Source: an uncultured Candidatus Saccharibacteria bacterium (GTDB lineage: Bacteria > Patescibacteriota > Dojkabacteria > SC72). From it: 64,000 nt of DNA. Below the pieces are notes generated by a model. The model was given only the letters and a program-made list of their open reading frames with translations, was not told where the DNA came from and made no database searches. Shown piece after piece: positions 28,866 to 38,839 of the stretch (its first letter is position 1; every line of letters begins with the position of its first letter). The stretch is from NCBI GenBank assembly GCA_964514595.1, contig CAZEQZ010000002.1, positions 250,898 through 314,897 on the forward strand, read 5' to 3'. The translations under genes and the position numbers were made by a program.

Positions 28866-28911
28866 AAATGGCAGTAACGATATATTTAATCAATAAATGC
28901 TACCATAAATA

Positions 28912-28938
28912 GAAAGGGAGACCAACTGTCTCCCTTTC
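28912..28938 (-). terminator. Terminator hairpin after dnaK
   Basis: GAAAGGGAGAC-caact-GTCTCCCTTTC, a perfect 11-bp stem. Confidence 0.75.
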
Positions 28939-28954
28939 CTTCATTTAGCAGAGC

Positions 28955-30856
28955 CTATTTTTCATCTACTACTTCGCCTTCCTTAACTTCTTCTTCATCC
29001 TTTCTCTCTTGATTATCCTCATCTTCTTCCTTTTTCTCCTCTTTACTGACCTGCTCGTACATCTTCTTTCCCACTTCTTGCATAATCTCAGAGAGCTTTT
29101 CTGTTTTTTCTTCAACCTCTTTTTCATCGAAGTCTTCTTTCTCTATAAGCTTCTTTAATTCCTCTGCCTCCTTTTCCATTTGCTCCCTATCCGTTTGATC
29201 GATCTTATCCTTATTCTCTTTTATAAGTTTCTCTACACTGAAGCATAATGTGTCCGCATTATTCCTTTTCTCAGCTCTCTCCCTTTTTTTCTTATCTTCC
29301 TCTGCATGTTTCTCTGCCTCTTCTACCATTTTTTCTATTTCCTCATCCTTCAAACCTGTGGATGCGGTGATTGTGATTTTCTGCTCTTTCTTCGTTGCCA
29401 AATCTACTGCTTTCACATTCAATATTCCATTAGCATCTATAGAAAAAGTAACCTCTATTTGAGGAACTCCTCTGGGTGCAGGTGGAATTCCATCCAAGAT
29501 AAATCTTCCCAAGGTTTTGTTATCAGAAGCCATTTCTCTTTCACCTTGAAGTATGTGTATCTCAACTCCTGGTTGATTATCTGCTGCCGTTGAAAATATC
29601 TGTTTTTTCTCAACAGGAATGGTTGTGTTCCTATCTATTAATTTTGTCATAACTCCACCCAAGGTTTCCAAACCTAAAGATAAGGGAGTTACATCCAAGA
29701 GTGTTATATCTTTAACATCTCCTCCTAAAACTCCTGCCTGTATAGCTGCTCCAACACCCACAATTTCGTCTGGATTTACACCTTTATTTGGTTCTTTCCC
29801 AAATATCTCCTCCACCTTTTTGATTATTGCAGGCATTCTAGTCATACCACCTACTAGCAATACCTCATTTATTTCCTCCTTTTTCAATTTGGCATCCTTA
29901 AGAGCTTTTTCGCATGGGGCTACTGTCTTCTCTATCAAATCTGATGTTATCTTCTCAAGCTCTGATCTTGTTAATTTCTCTTTAAGATGTTTTGGTCCTT
30001 TATCTGTAGCTGTTATATATGGAACATTCACATCAGTTTCTTCTGATGTGGAGAGCTCTATTTTGGCTTTTTCTGCTGCCTCTCTTAGTCTCTGAAGTGC
30101 TGTTCTATCATCTCTTAGATCAAAATTTTCCTTTGCTTTGAATGCATCAGCTAGATGATCTATTATTACCTGATCGAAATCATCCCCTCCTAGGTGTGTA
30201 TCACCATTAGTAGAGAGAACTTCAAACACTCCATCACCCATTTCTAAAATAGAGATATCGAATGTACCACCTCCCAGGTCAAATATTGCTACTTTTTCGT
30301 CCTTCCCTTTCTCTATACCGTATGCCAGTGCAGCTGCAGTAGGTTCATTTACTATTCTTTTTACTGTTAATCCAGCAATCTTCCCCGCATCCTTTGTTGC
30401 TTGTCTTTGAGAGTCATCAAAATATGCAGGTACCGTTATTACAGCCTCCTTAACTTCTTCCCCAAGGAATTCTTCCGCATCTTTCTTCATTTTTGCAAGA
30501 ATCTTTGCAGATATCTCCTGAGGTGTATACCATTTACTCCCCATCTTAACCTCAACTCCACCACTATCTGATTTTCTCATTTCAAAAGGAAGTAATTCTT
30601 TATCTCTTTTTACCTCTGGATCGTCCCAAGATCTACCAATTAACCTCTTAACAGAGTATATGGTACCTTCTGGGTTTGTAATGGCCTGGTTTTTTGCAGG
30701 GGTACCAACAAGGACCTCTCCCTTTTCATCCTCTGCTACTACAGATGGTGTTAATCTACCACCCTGAGCATTTGGTATTACATTGGGCTTACCACCCTCC
30801 ATATAGGCCATAACCGAGTTAGTGGTTCCCAAATCTATTCCTATTATTTTTGACAT
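28955..30856 (-). CDS. dnaK: Chaperone DnaK
   Basis: [34 protein letters not shown]. Confidence 0.99.
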   Translation of the reverse strand: MSKIIGIDLGTTNSVMAYMEGGKPNVIPNAQGGRLTPSVVAEDEKGEVLVGTPAKNQAITNPEGTIYSVKRLIGRSWDDPEVKRDKELLPFEMRKSDSGGVEVKMGSKWYTPQEISAKILAKMKKDAEEFLGEEVKEAVITVPAYFDDSQRQATKDAGKIAGLTVKRIVNEPTAAALAYGIEKGKDEKVAIFDLGGGTFDISILEMGDGVFEVLSTNGDTHLGGDDFDQVIIDHLADAFKAKENFDLRDDRTALQRLREAAEKAKIELSTSEETDVNVPYITATDKGPKHLKEKLTRSELEKITSDLIEKTVAPCEKALKDAKLKKEEINEVLLVGGMTRMPAIIKKVEEIFGKEPNKGVNPDEIVGVGAAIQAGVLGGDVKDITLLDVTPLSLGLETLGGVMTKLIDRNTTIPVEKKQIFSTAADNQPGVEIHILQGEREMASDNKTLGRFILDGIPPAPRGVPQIEVTFSIDANGILNVKAVDLATKKEQKITITASTGLKDEEIEKMVEEAEKHAEEDKKKRERAEKRNNADTLCFSVEKLIKENKDKIDQTDREQMEKEAEELKKLIEKEDFDEKEVEEKTEKLSEIMQEVGKKMYEQVSKEEKKEEDEDNQERKDEEEVKEGEVVDEK

Positions 30857-30881
30857 AATATTATTATTAAAAATTTAATTT

Positions 30882-31412
30882 CTATTTTGATACTACGACC
30901 CTTGATGGGCGTATTACAGTGTCATTTAATGTATATCCAGGTTGTACAACATCAAATATTTTTCCTTTCTCTCCTTCATCTACCATAGCCAATGCCTCAT
31001 GTATATTACTATCAAAATCATCTCCTTTATTAGGTATATACTGTTTCAATCCAATACTTTCTAAACTCCTATTTATACCTTCTAAAAGTGCTAGCACACC
31101 TTCAAACCAAGATTTATCCTTTTCATCCAATTTAATATCTTTTGCACCTTTTTGCGCAATCATTACTGCATCAAGTGAGGGGATTATTTCCTCACAAAGA
31201 TTTTTCTTTGTCTGGAAAAATTTTAATTCTTCCCTTTTTTCAGAATTCTTAACAAGGTTATGATAGTCTGCTAATGCTTTTTTAAGTTGATTCTGTATCT
31301 CTAATTTCTCATCTTCAACTCTATCTATAGCTAGTGCTAACTCCTGTATCTTTGCTTCTAAATCTTCCACTTTTAATGTCTTCTTCTGTTTTTTATTTGT
31401 TTCTTTAGTCAT
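30882..31412 (-). CDS. grpE: Nucleotide exchange factor GrpE
   Basis: ALADYHN, FDSNIHEA, QPGYTLNDTVIRPSRVVV. Confidence 0.95.
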   Translation of the reverse strand: MTKETNKKQKKTLKVEDLEAKIQELALAIDRVEDEKLEIQNQLKKALADYHNLVKNSEKREELKFFQTKKNLCEEIIPSLDAVMIAQKGAKDIKLDEKDKSWFEGVLALLEGINRSLESIGLKQYIPNKGDDFDSNIHEALAMVDEGEKGKIFDVVQPGYTLNDTVIRPSRVVVSK

Positions 31413-31429
31413 TTCTTTAATTAATCAAA

Positions 31430-32155
31430 TTATCTCCAGCCAGATGTAGAGCTCTCCAATGCATTTTTAACTTCATTTAAAGCCGGCAATACCTTTGCAT
31501 AGTCCATTCTCTTTGAACCTATTACACCAACATATGATTTCTCTTTCCCCCAAAAAGGAACTTTTGTGAAAGCTATGGCACAATTCGCTAAATTATCTAT
31601 TCCTGATTCCTGTCCAATTAAAAGAGATACACCGGAGCTAGAGTATTTCTCCACTAAATTTCTAAGGAATGTTTCATCTTCCAATATATCTATAACTGTT
31701 TCAATTCTTTCCACATCTCTAAATTCGTCATATTTCAAAAGATTTGATATCCCATATCCCCTGATATCATCATCTAGTATGATGAAGACTAATGCCTCTG
31801 TTTCCTTTGAGAGAACCTTCAGTATTGATCTAATTACAGTTTCTTTCGAGAATCTATCCCTAAAGATCTCCTGCCTAATCTCAACAGTTACAAGTGGGCT
31901 AAGACCATTTCTATCTAGAAATTTAGTTACATACAACCTCAACGCTTGATCTGTTGGGAGTCTTCCTGAAGATATATGGCTTTTTTCCAAAAGGCCCAAT
32001 CTCATTAATCTGACCATTTCGTTTCTAATGGTTGCCGAGCTTACTCCTAAATCATATTTTTCTAAAAGAGCAAGCGATCCTACTTCAGAAGCTTCCTGCA
32101 TAAACTCCTTTATCACGGCCATTAGTATGGCTTTTTGTCTTTCTGTTAAATCCAT
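31430..32155 (-). CDS. hrcA: Heat-inducible repressor HrcA (short form)
   Basis: LTERQKAIL, VSSATIRNEM, HISSGRLPT, GVIGSKRMDY. Confidence 0.93.
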   Translation of the reverse strand: MDLTERQKAILMAVIKEFMQEASEVGSLALLEKYDLGVSSATIRNEMVRLMRLGLLEKSHISSGRLPTDQALRLYVTKFLDRNGLSPLVTVEIRQEIFRDRFSKETVIRSILKVLSKETEALVFIILDDDIRGYGISNLLKYDEFRDVERIETVIDILEDETFLRNLVEKYSSSGVSLLIGQESGIDNLANCAIAFTKVPFWGKEKSYVGVIGSKRMDYAKVLPALNEVKNALESSTSGWR

Positions 32156-32156
32156 T

Positions 32157-32183
32157 TTAGCAAAAGATGAGATTAACTGCTAA
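32157..32183 (-). promoter_or_regulatory. CIRCE-like HrcA operator upstream of hrcA
   Basis: TTAGCAGTT-N9-TTTTGCTAA, ending 1 nt before the hrcA ATG. Confidence 0.75.
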
Positions 32184-32212
32184 AGTATAGAGGAAGATTA
32201 TTGAACTGTCAA
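32184..32212 (-). promoter_or_regulatory. sigma70 promoter of hrcA-grpE-dnaK
   Basis: TTGACA-N17-TATACT, abutting the CIRCE-like site. Confidence 0.8.
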
Positions 32213-32268
32213 CAGTTCCCCAATACCTGTTGCTCCTTAATTCTTTTTCTGATATACTCCTACTCGTT

Positions 32269-32949
32269 ATGGAAAAAATCACATTTCAAAAAAGAGAGAT
32301 TCAGGGGAAGAAAAGTAAAAAGCTGTATGAGGAAGGATTTATTCCTGCTGTTGTTTATAATTCAAAAGGAGAATCTAGAAATATCCAAATTACATCATCC
32401 GAGGCTGTAAAAATAACTAAGGAAGCTACTTCCACCACCATTCTTGATGCTGATCTAGATGGGAAGATTTTGAAGGTTTTGGTTAAAGAAATTGATGTTA
32501 ATCCATTAACTGAGCAGATTAGACATATTGCATTCTTTGAAATTGACGAAAGCAAAGAGATGGTCTTTACAATACCATTTGAGATTGTTGGAGTATCTCC
32601 TGCTGTTAAGAATAACTTAGGAATTTTAGTAGATGTTCTTAATTCTATTGATGTTAGATGTAAGCTTTCTGCACTTGTTCCATTTATTGAGATAGATGTC
32701 ACAAAGCTTGAGCACCCAGGTCAGTCTATTTCTGTTAATGAAATTAATATCCCGGAGGGTATGGCCTTGGTTAACGATGAGCTTGCAACCGCTACCATTG
32801 TGACAATTACAGAACTCCAAGAAGAAGTAATCATTGAGCCTGAGGTTGTAGAGGGAGAAGAAGGTGAAGGTGTAGAGGGCGAAGAGGGAGAAGAAGGCAC
32901 AAATGAAGGAGCAGAAGGCCAAGGGGAAAGCGAAGAGAAGGAGGAGTAA
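32269..32949 (+). CDS. rplY: 50S ribosomal protein L25 (Ctc/TL5 type)
   Basis: EGFIPAVVY, VLVKEIDVNP..IRHIAFF, acidic EG tail; start reassigned to ATG 32269. Confidence 0.92.
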   Translation: MEKITFQKREIQGKKSKKLYEEGFIPAVVYNSKGESRNIQITSSEAVKITKEATSTTILDADLDGKILKVLVKEIDVNPLTEQIRHIAFFEIDESKEMVFTIPFEIVGVSPAVKNNLGILVDVLNSIDVRCKLSALVPFIEIDVTKLEHPGQSISVNEINIPEGMALVNDELATATIVTITELQEEVIIEPEVVEGEEGEGVEGEEGEEGTNEGAEGQGESEEKEE

Positions 32950-32985
32950 TCTTTCATATTTCATAAAGTCCTTGTATAATTACAT

Positions 32986-33927
32986 ATGATATCTGTAATC
33001 ATTACCTCTTTTAAGGAACCAAAGACCATTAGAAAATGCATTTCATCAATTGCAGATAGAAAATATTCAGGGATACCAAATCCGTTTGAGATTATACAGG
33101 TCTCCCCAGATGAGCTAACCTTAAAACAGGGGAGAAAAGAGGCTAATAGACTCAAATTATCTAAAAAACAGTATGTTCAGGTGGTCGATCCTAAAAAAGG
33201 GAAGCCTTTTGCCCTTAAGATGGCACTGAAGAAAGCTAGGGGGGAAATAATTATATTAACAGATGGAGATGTTTATTTTGAAAGAGGTGCTGTAGAGGAG
33301 TTAATTAAGCCATTTGAGAATAAAAACATTGGAGGTGTGAGTGGAAGACCGGCTTCGCAGGATAGTCGGGATAATTGTTTTGGGTATTGGGGACATTTAC
33401 TTTCTGACTCCGCAGATCATAGAAGGAAAGGAACCATGAATGCGGTTGAAGGAAAAGAGTATTACGTTAGTGGGGAAAATTTTTTTCCTATGAGTGGATA
33501 TATCATGGCAGTGAGGAACATGAATATTGATATTCCTAAGGATGTTCTTTCTGATGATGCATATATCTCCTATTTTATTAGAAATAAGGGATTGGATATT
33601 GCTTACGCACCAAGGGCAGTTAGTTATGTTAAATATCCTACTAATTTAAGGGATTATTACAAGCAAAAAATACGTTCTTTGGGTGGATTTAAACAATTGA
33701 AGAGAATGGGAATATTTCAGAGAGATAGACAGAGTAGGAGTTTTTTAATAGAGCTAACTTATGCTTTTTATGTACTCCGGTATCCTGAAAATTTGAGGGA
33801 ATTTTGGTGGTCATTGCTCCTGTTCCCGGTTAGGTTGATAACTTGGATTAGAATTGTTTGGGAGAGGGATATTTTGAAAAAAGGTATGCCCAAAGGAGGC
33901 TGGGAAAGAATAGAAAGTACGAAGTGA
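32986..33927 (+). CDS. Glycosyltransferase family 2
   Basis: MISVIITSFKE, GK..AL, ARGEIIILTDGD, SDD, QKIRS (QxxRW-like). Confidence 0.9.
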   Translation: MISVIITSFKEPKTIRKCISSIADRKYSGIPNPFEIIQVSPDELTLKQGRKEANRLKLSKKQYVQVVDPKKGKPFALKMALKKARGEIIILTDGDVYFERGAVEELIKPFENKNIGGVSGRPASQDSRDNCFGYWGHLLSDSADHRRKGTMNAVEGKEYYVSGENFFPMSGYIMAVRNMNIDIPKDVLSDDAYISYFIRNKGLDIAYAPRAVSYVKYPTNLRDYYKQKIRSLGGFKQLKRMGIFQRDRQSRSFLIELTYAFYVLRYPENLREFWWSLLLFPVRLITWIRIVWERDILKKGMPKGGWERIESTK

Positions 33928-34022
33928 CAAAGATTCTGACACCCCTATAATATATTAAATCTTTGAAAGAGTATCTGTATAGTTGCTACATTAATACGGG
34001 TTTATGTACAAACCGGACGTAG

Positions 34023-34493
34023 TTACCACCTGAAGTGTGCAAATGCTTTATTTGCCTCTGCCATCTTCTCGGTATCAATCTTTTTCTTAACTGCATCTCC
34101 CTCTCCCTTGTATGCGTTTACCAATTCTGTTTGTAATAGTTGTTCAAATGATTTTCCTGATTTATTCCTTGTATTATCTACTATCCATCTAACAGCTAAA
34201 GCTTCCTGCCTTCTTGGCATCACAGGCATAGGTACTTGGTAGTTTGCTCCCCCTACTCTCCTTGCTTTTATTTCTAATGCCGGCCTTACATTATCTATAG
34301 CTTTATTAATGAAGCTGTTAATATCTTTCTCTTTAACTTCTTCTGCTCCTTGCTCTATTGCCGTATAAACCATACTCTCAGCAAGAGATTTTTTACCGTC
34401 TTGCATTACCTTATTAATAAGTCTGGATATAATTATATTTCCATACTTTTTATCTGGTTTTTGTTCTCTTCTTTTTGCTCTTTTTCCTCTCAT
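34023..34493 (-). CDS. rpsG: 30S ribosomal protein S7
   Basis: DGKKSLA, RRVGGANYQVP, MAEANKAFAHFRW. Confidence 0.98.
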   Translation of the reverse strand: MRGKRAKRREQKPDKKYGNIIISRLINKVMQDGKKSLAESMVYTAIEQGAEEVKEKDINSFINKAIDNVRPALEIKARRVGGANYQVPMPVMPRRQEALAVRWIVDNTRNKSGKSFEQLLQTELVNAYKGEGDAVKKKIDTEKMAEANKAFAHFRW

Positions 34494-34511
34494 AATAGTT
34501 ATTAATTAAAT

Positions 34512-34931
34512 CTAATCATGTATATCTTCTTTCTTAACACCGTATTTTGATCTTGCTTTCTTTCTTCCCTTTACTCCTGCTGTATCATACTTTCCTCTCA
34601 CTACTATGTATTTAACTCCAGGGAGGTCTCTTTTTCTACCTGCTTTTACTAAAACAACTGAGTGTTCTTGAAGGTTATGTCCTTCTCCTGGAATGTATGC
34701 TGTTACTTCCATACCGTTAGAAAGCCTCACCCTTGCTACTTTTCTGAGAGCTGAGTTAGGCTTTTTAGGTGTCATTGTTTTAACTTGTAGGCATACCCCT
34801 CTTTTAAAAGGATTAGGGGTCTTTTTATACCTATTTTTCAAAGGATTGAAGTTTCTAGCTAACTGTATGTGTTTAGCTTTCTTCCCTTTCTTCTTTCTTG
34901 GTTTTCTTGTTAGTTGATTTATTGTTGGCAT
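34512..34931 (-). CDS. rpsL: 30S ribosomal protein S12
   Basis: [36 protein letters not shown]. Confidence 0.98.
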   Translation of the reverse strand: MPTINQLTRKPRKKKGKKAKHIQLARNFNPLKNRYKKTPNPFKRGVCLQVKTMTPKKPNSALRKVARVRLSNGMEVTAYIPGEGHNLQEHSVVLVKAGRKRDLPGVKYIVVRGKYDTAGVKGRKKARSKYGVKKEDIHD

Positions 34932-34957
34932 AGCTCGCTATTATATATCAAATTTGT

Positions 34958-37900
34958 TTAAAAATTAAGCTCTGGGACTTCTCTTATGTCTTCTATTTCG
35001 GCCCCTTCTCCTACCGGTATTGGTCTTCCTATTATTACATTTTCTTTCATTCCTCTTAAGAAGTCGGTCTTTCCTAATATAGCGGTACTTGTTAGTACTC
35101 TTACATGCTCTTGGAATGACATCGCAGAGAGGAAGCTTTCTGTATACAAGGATGATGCCTTTATACCAAGTAATTTAGGAATTATCAATGCTTTGTTCTT
35201 TCCTTCTTCCAAAAGAAGATCGTTCTTAGCTTCTGCTAGGAATCTATTTACCAATGAACCTACTAGGTAGTCTGAATCTCCTGATTCAAATACTCTACCA
35301 AGTCTCATCATTTGTCTTAGGATTATTTCAATATGGATATCATCTATTGGTACCCCTTGTTCGTTGAATACTTTTTGGACACCATCCAATATATATTTCT
35401 GTGCGGTTAAGACATCTGATACTTCAGATAATTTCTTAGGATCCACAGAGCCCTCTGTTAACTGAGTTCCTGCCTTAATCGTTTGACCGTCCTCCACTAG
35501 GATTGATACTCCTGGGAGTACTGATACTATTTCTTCTGCCTTTATATTACCTTCAACTGTCAAGATACCTCCTTCTATAGAAACCTTCGAATCAAATGGA
35601 GCCTGTCTTTCAACTTCCTCTGCATCTATGTATATAACTTGTCCAGACTTAACGCTTTGGCCATCTTCTACTAATACTTTCTTAGCCTTTGATATTACAT
35701 AGTATCTAACCATTCTTTTCTCTCCAGTAATAGTTATAACTGCTGACTCGTCTTCAGCTACCTCTATGTGTATCTTTCCGTCAATTGAGGCTACTTCTGC
35801 TTCTGCCTTTGGAGTTCTAGCTTCAAACAGCTCTTCTATTCTTGGAAGACCCTGTGTTATGTCTACCTTTGCAACACCTCCTTTATGGAATGTCTGCATA
35901 GTCATCTGCGTACCAGGCTCTCCTATGGACTGAGCTGCAATTACACCCACTGCTTTACCCATTTCTATTTCTTGCCCATTTTCGAGGTTTGTACCGTAAC
36001 ATTTCTTACAGATTCCCAATGGTGCTTCACAAAGTATTGGAGTTCTAACATATATTTCCTCAATATTTTCCTTTTCTATTATTTCTGCTATCTCCTTTGT
36101 TATAGTCTCATTCTTCTTAGCGATTGTCTCCTTTCCTTTTTTAATATCTTGAGCCAATACCCTACCATATACTCTTGATTTAAAATCTATTCTTCTATCA
36201 TCTTCTTTTCTCATAATGAAGCCCTCGCCTTCGTAGCCACAATCCTCTGTTCTAACAATCACATCGTGGGCTACATCTACGAGTTTTCTGGTTAGGTACC
36301 CAGATGAAGATGTCTTTAGTGATCTATCTGCAATACCTTTCCTTCCTCCGTTTGCAGCTACAAAGTACTCAAATGCACTGAGTCCATCTCTATAGTTACT
36401 TTTAATAGGCATAGGTACCCAGTTACCTCTAGAGTCTCTAACAACACCCTTTATGGTTAATACTTGTCTTGCTTGAATTTTTCCTCCATTCCCACCTGAC
36501 TCAACCATCTGATATATTGAATTATCCTTGTCTAGCTTCTCCCATGCTTGGTCTGCCAATTCATTTGCAAAATCATCCCACATACCAGTAGATATGGTGA
36601 TTTTCTCACTCTTAGTCATGAGACCTTGCAGATAGTTTTCCTGAAGTTGCTCATCTTTCTCTTCCATTTTCTTAATTTCTGTTTCTAGATCAAAATCAAC
36701 CTTACAATCACCCATTGAGAAGGAAAATCCTAAATCTGTCGCATATTTAAATCCTAAGAGTTTAAGAGCATCTAGTATTTCTACGACTTCTTCCAAGGAT
36801 CTATCTGTCTTAATATCATCTATTATTGTATTTACACTTTTAATATTTATCTGTTCATTAATATAGCCGTAGTCATCAGGGAGAACATTGTTAAATATAA
36901 CTCTTCCAACTGAGGTATTTACTGTATTTCCTTTTACTTTTACAACTATTTCCTCGTCTATTTTTATTAAATCTCTTTCATATGCCTTAATTGCTGTATT
37001 TGCATCTGCAAAAAGCTTAGGCTTCTCTACCTTCTTAAGATCTGTCATGAGGAAGAAACCAATTAACATATCTTTTGCTGGAGTAGCCAACACTTGTCCG
37101 TTAGATATATTGACAATACTTTTAGATGACATCATCTCCCTTTTCGCCTCCTCTTCTGCCTCTTTTGTCAAAAGGATATGCACAGCCATTTGGTCACCAT
37201 CGAAGTCCGCATTAAATGCCTTACATACTAGCGGGTGTATTCTAATTGCTTCTCCTTCTACTAGTTTTGGATAGAAGGCCTGTACGCTATATTTATGAAG
37301 AGTTGGGGCCCTATTCAACAATACAGGTCTATTCTTTATTACCTGCTCCAAGATATCCCAAATCATGTCTGATTCCTCTTCTACCATTTCCTTAGCTACC
37401 CTTACATTCGGTGCAAGCTCTCTGTCTAGAAGTTGGAAGATGACGAATGGTTTGAACATTTCTAATGCTACTGACTTAGGAAGTCCGCATTGGTCAAATT
37501 TAAGACTTGGATCTCCATCTATTACTGCTCTTCCTGAATAGTCGACTCTCTTTCCCAAAAGATTCTTTCTGAAGATACCTTTTTTACCTCTTAGATCATC
37601 TGTTAACGACTGATATGGTAATCGCTTGCTGTTCATCATTGGTTTAGATGGCCTATGAGAGTTGTCTATCAAAGCATCTACTGATTCCTGCAACATTCTC
37701 TTCTCGTTTCTTAAGATTACATCAGGAGCTCCTATCTCTATCAATTTTGCTAACCTGTTGTTTCTATTTATAATCCTTCTATAGAGATCGTTCAGGTCTG
37801 ATGTTGCAAATTTCCCTCCAGATAGAGGAATAATTGGTCTTAGCTCAGGAGGAAGTACAGGAAGTGTTTCTAAAACCATCCAAGCTGGATTTATACTATT

Positions 37901-38839
37901 CTGCCTAAAACCTTCTAGATACTGAATTCTTCTTACAGTTATAGTTCTCTTATCTCCCTTTTCCTTCTCAGCTCTTCTTCTTAATTTTTTAATCTCCTTT
38001 TCTATATCCAATTGCTCCAAAAGCTTCTTAATTGCCTCCGCCCCCATCATTGCCTCAAAGAATATCAAATCTCTTTCTAAAAGATCCATATATTCATCTT
38101 CCGAAAGAACTGTACCTACATGTAGTTTGTCTATTATTTGATTAATTCTTGTATAGAAAGAATCTATCTGTTCCTCTTTCTCTGCAAATTCCTTCCTTAC
38201 CTTTGCCAAAGCTTGATTTCTCTTGTGCTCTATTTGGCTAATTTTGAAATCATCACCTTTTTCTTTCGATTTTTTGAGCTCATCTAGCTGAGAGCTATAA
38301 ATACTTTCCGTACTCTTTAATTCCTCTTGAAGCTGTTTCTCCAAATCCTTCAACTCTTCCTCCCTCAACTGTATTGCTTTTTCTACTACCTCTACCTTTT
38401 TATCTTTCTCAACATCTACTACCATGTATCTTGTGTAGTATATTACTGAAAGAAGCTTTTTATGCGATATATCTAATACGATAGACATTTTATTAGGTAT
38501 ACCGTATGCAAACCAAACATGTGCAACGGGTACTGCTAAATCGATATGGCCCATTCTCTCTCTTCTTGAATCCTGTGTTGTTACTTCAACTCCACACTTA
38601 TCACAAACTATTCCCTTATATCGGATCTTCTTGTATTTACCACAGTAGCATTCGTAGTTTTTTGTAGGACCAAATATCTTTTCACAGAATAGACCATCAG
38701 GTTCAGCCCTGAATGTTCTATAGTTGATTGTCTCAGCTTTGGTAACCTCTCCGTATGACCACTCTAATATCTGGTCGGGAGAAGCTAGTGTTAGCTTTAA
38801 AACATCAAAATCTTCAAATCCATTCTTAGTTTTCTTCAT
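34958..38839 (-). CDS. rpoC: RNA polymerase beta' subunit
   Basis: ETINYRT, CYCGKYK, NADFDGDQMAVH, AAQSIGEPGTQ. Confidence 0.99.
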   Translation of the reverse strand: MKKTKNGFEDFDVLKLTLASPDQILEWSYGEVTKAETINYRTFRAEPDGLFCEKIFGPTKNYECYCGKYKKIRYKGIVCDKCGVEVTTQDSRRERMGHIDLAVPVAHVWFAYGIPNKMSIVLDISHKKLLSVIYYTRYMVVDVEKDKKVEVVEKAIQLREEELKDLEKQLQEELKSTESIYSSQLDELKKSKEKGDDFKISQIEHKRNQALAKVRKEFAEKEEQIDSFYTRINQIIDKLHVGTVLSEDEYMDLLERDLIFFEAMMGAEAIKKLLEQLDIEKEIKKLRRRAEKEKGDKRTITVRRIQYLEGFRQNSINPAWMVLETLPVLPPELRPIIPLSGGKFATSDLNDLYRRIINRNNRLAKLIEIGAPDVILRNEKRMLQESVDALIDNSHRPSKPMMNSKRLPYQSLTDDLRGKKGIFRKNLLGKRVDYSGRAVIDGDPSLKFDQCGLPKSVALEMFKPFVIFQLLDRELAPNVRVAKEMVEEESDMIWDILEQVIKNRPVLLNRAPTLHKYSVQAFYPKLVEGEAIRIHPLVCKAFNADFDGDQMAVHILLTKEAEEEAKREMMSSKSIVNISNGQVLATPAKDMLIGFFLMTDLKKVEKPKLFADANTAIKAYERDLIKIDEEIVVKVKGNTVNTSVGRVIFNNVLPDDYGYINEQINIKSVNTIIDDIKTDRSLEEVVEILDALKLLGFKYATDLGFSFSMGDCKVDFDLETEIKKMEEKDEQLQENYLQGLMTKSEKITISTGMWDDFANELADQAWEKLDKDNSIYQMVESGGNGGKIQARQVLTIKGVVRDSRGNWVPMPIKSNYRDGLSAFEYFVAANGGRKGIADRSLKTSSSGYLTRKLVDVAHDVIVRTEDCGYEGEGFIMRKEDDRRIDFKSRVYGRVLAQDIKKGKETIAKKNETITKEIAEIIEKENIEEIYVRTPILCEAPLGICKKCYGTNLENGQEIEMGKAVGVIAAQSIGEPGTQMTMQTFHKGGVAKVDITQGLPRIEELFEARTPKAEAEVASIDGKIHIEVAEDESAVITITGEKRMVRYYVISKAKKVLVEDGQSVKSGQVIYIDAEEVERQAPFDSKVSIEGGILTVEGNIKAEEIVSVLPGVSILVEDGQTIKAGTQLTEGSVDPKKLSEVSDVLTAQKYILDGVQKVFNEQGVPIDDIHIEIILRQMMRLGRVFESGDSDYLVGSLVNRFLAEAKNDLLLEEGKNKALIIPKLLGIKASSLYTESFLSAMSFQEHVRVLTSTAILGKTDFLRGMKENVIIGRPIPVGEGAEIEDIREVPELNF

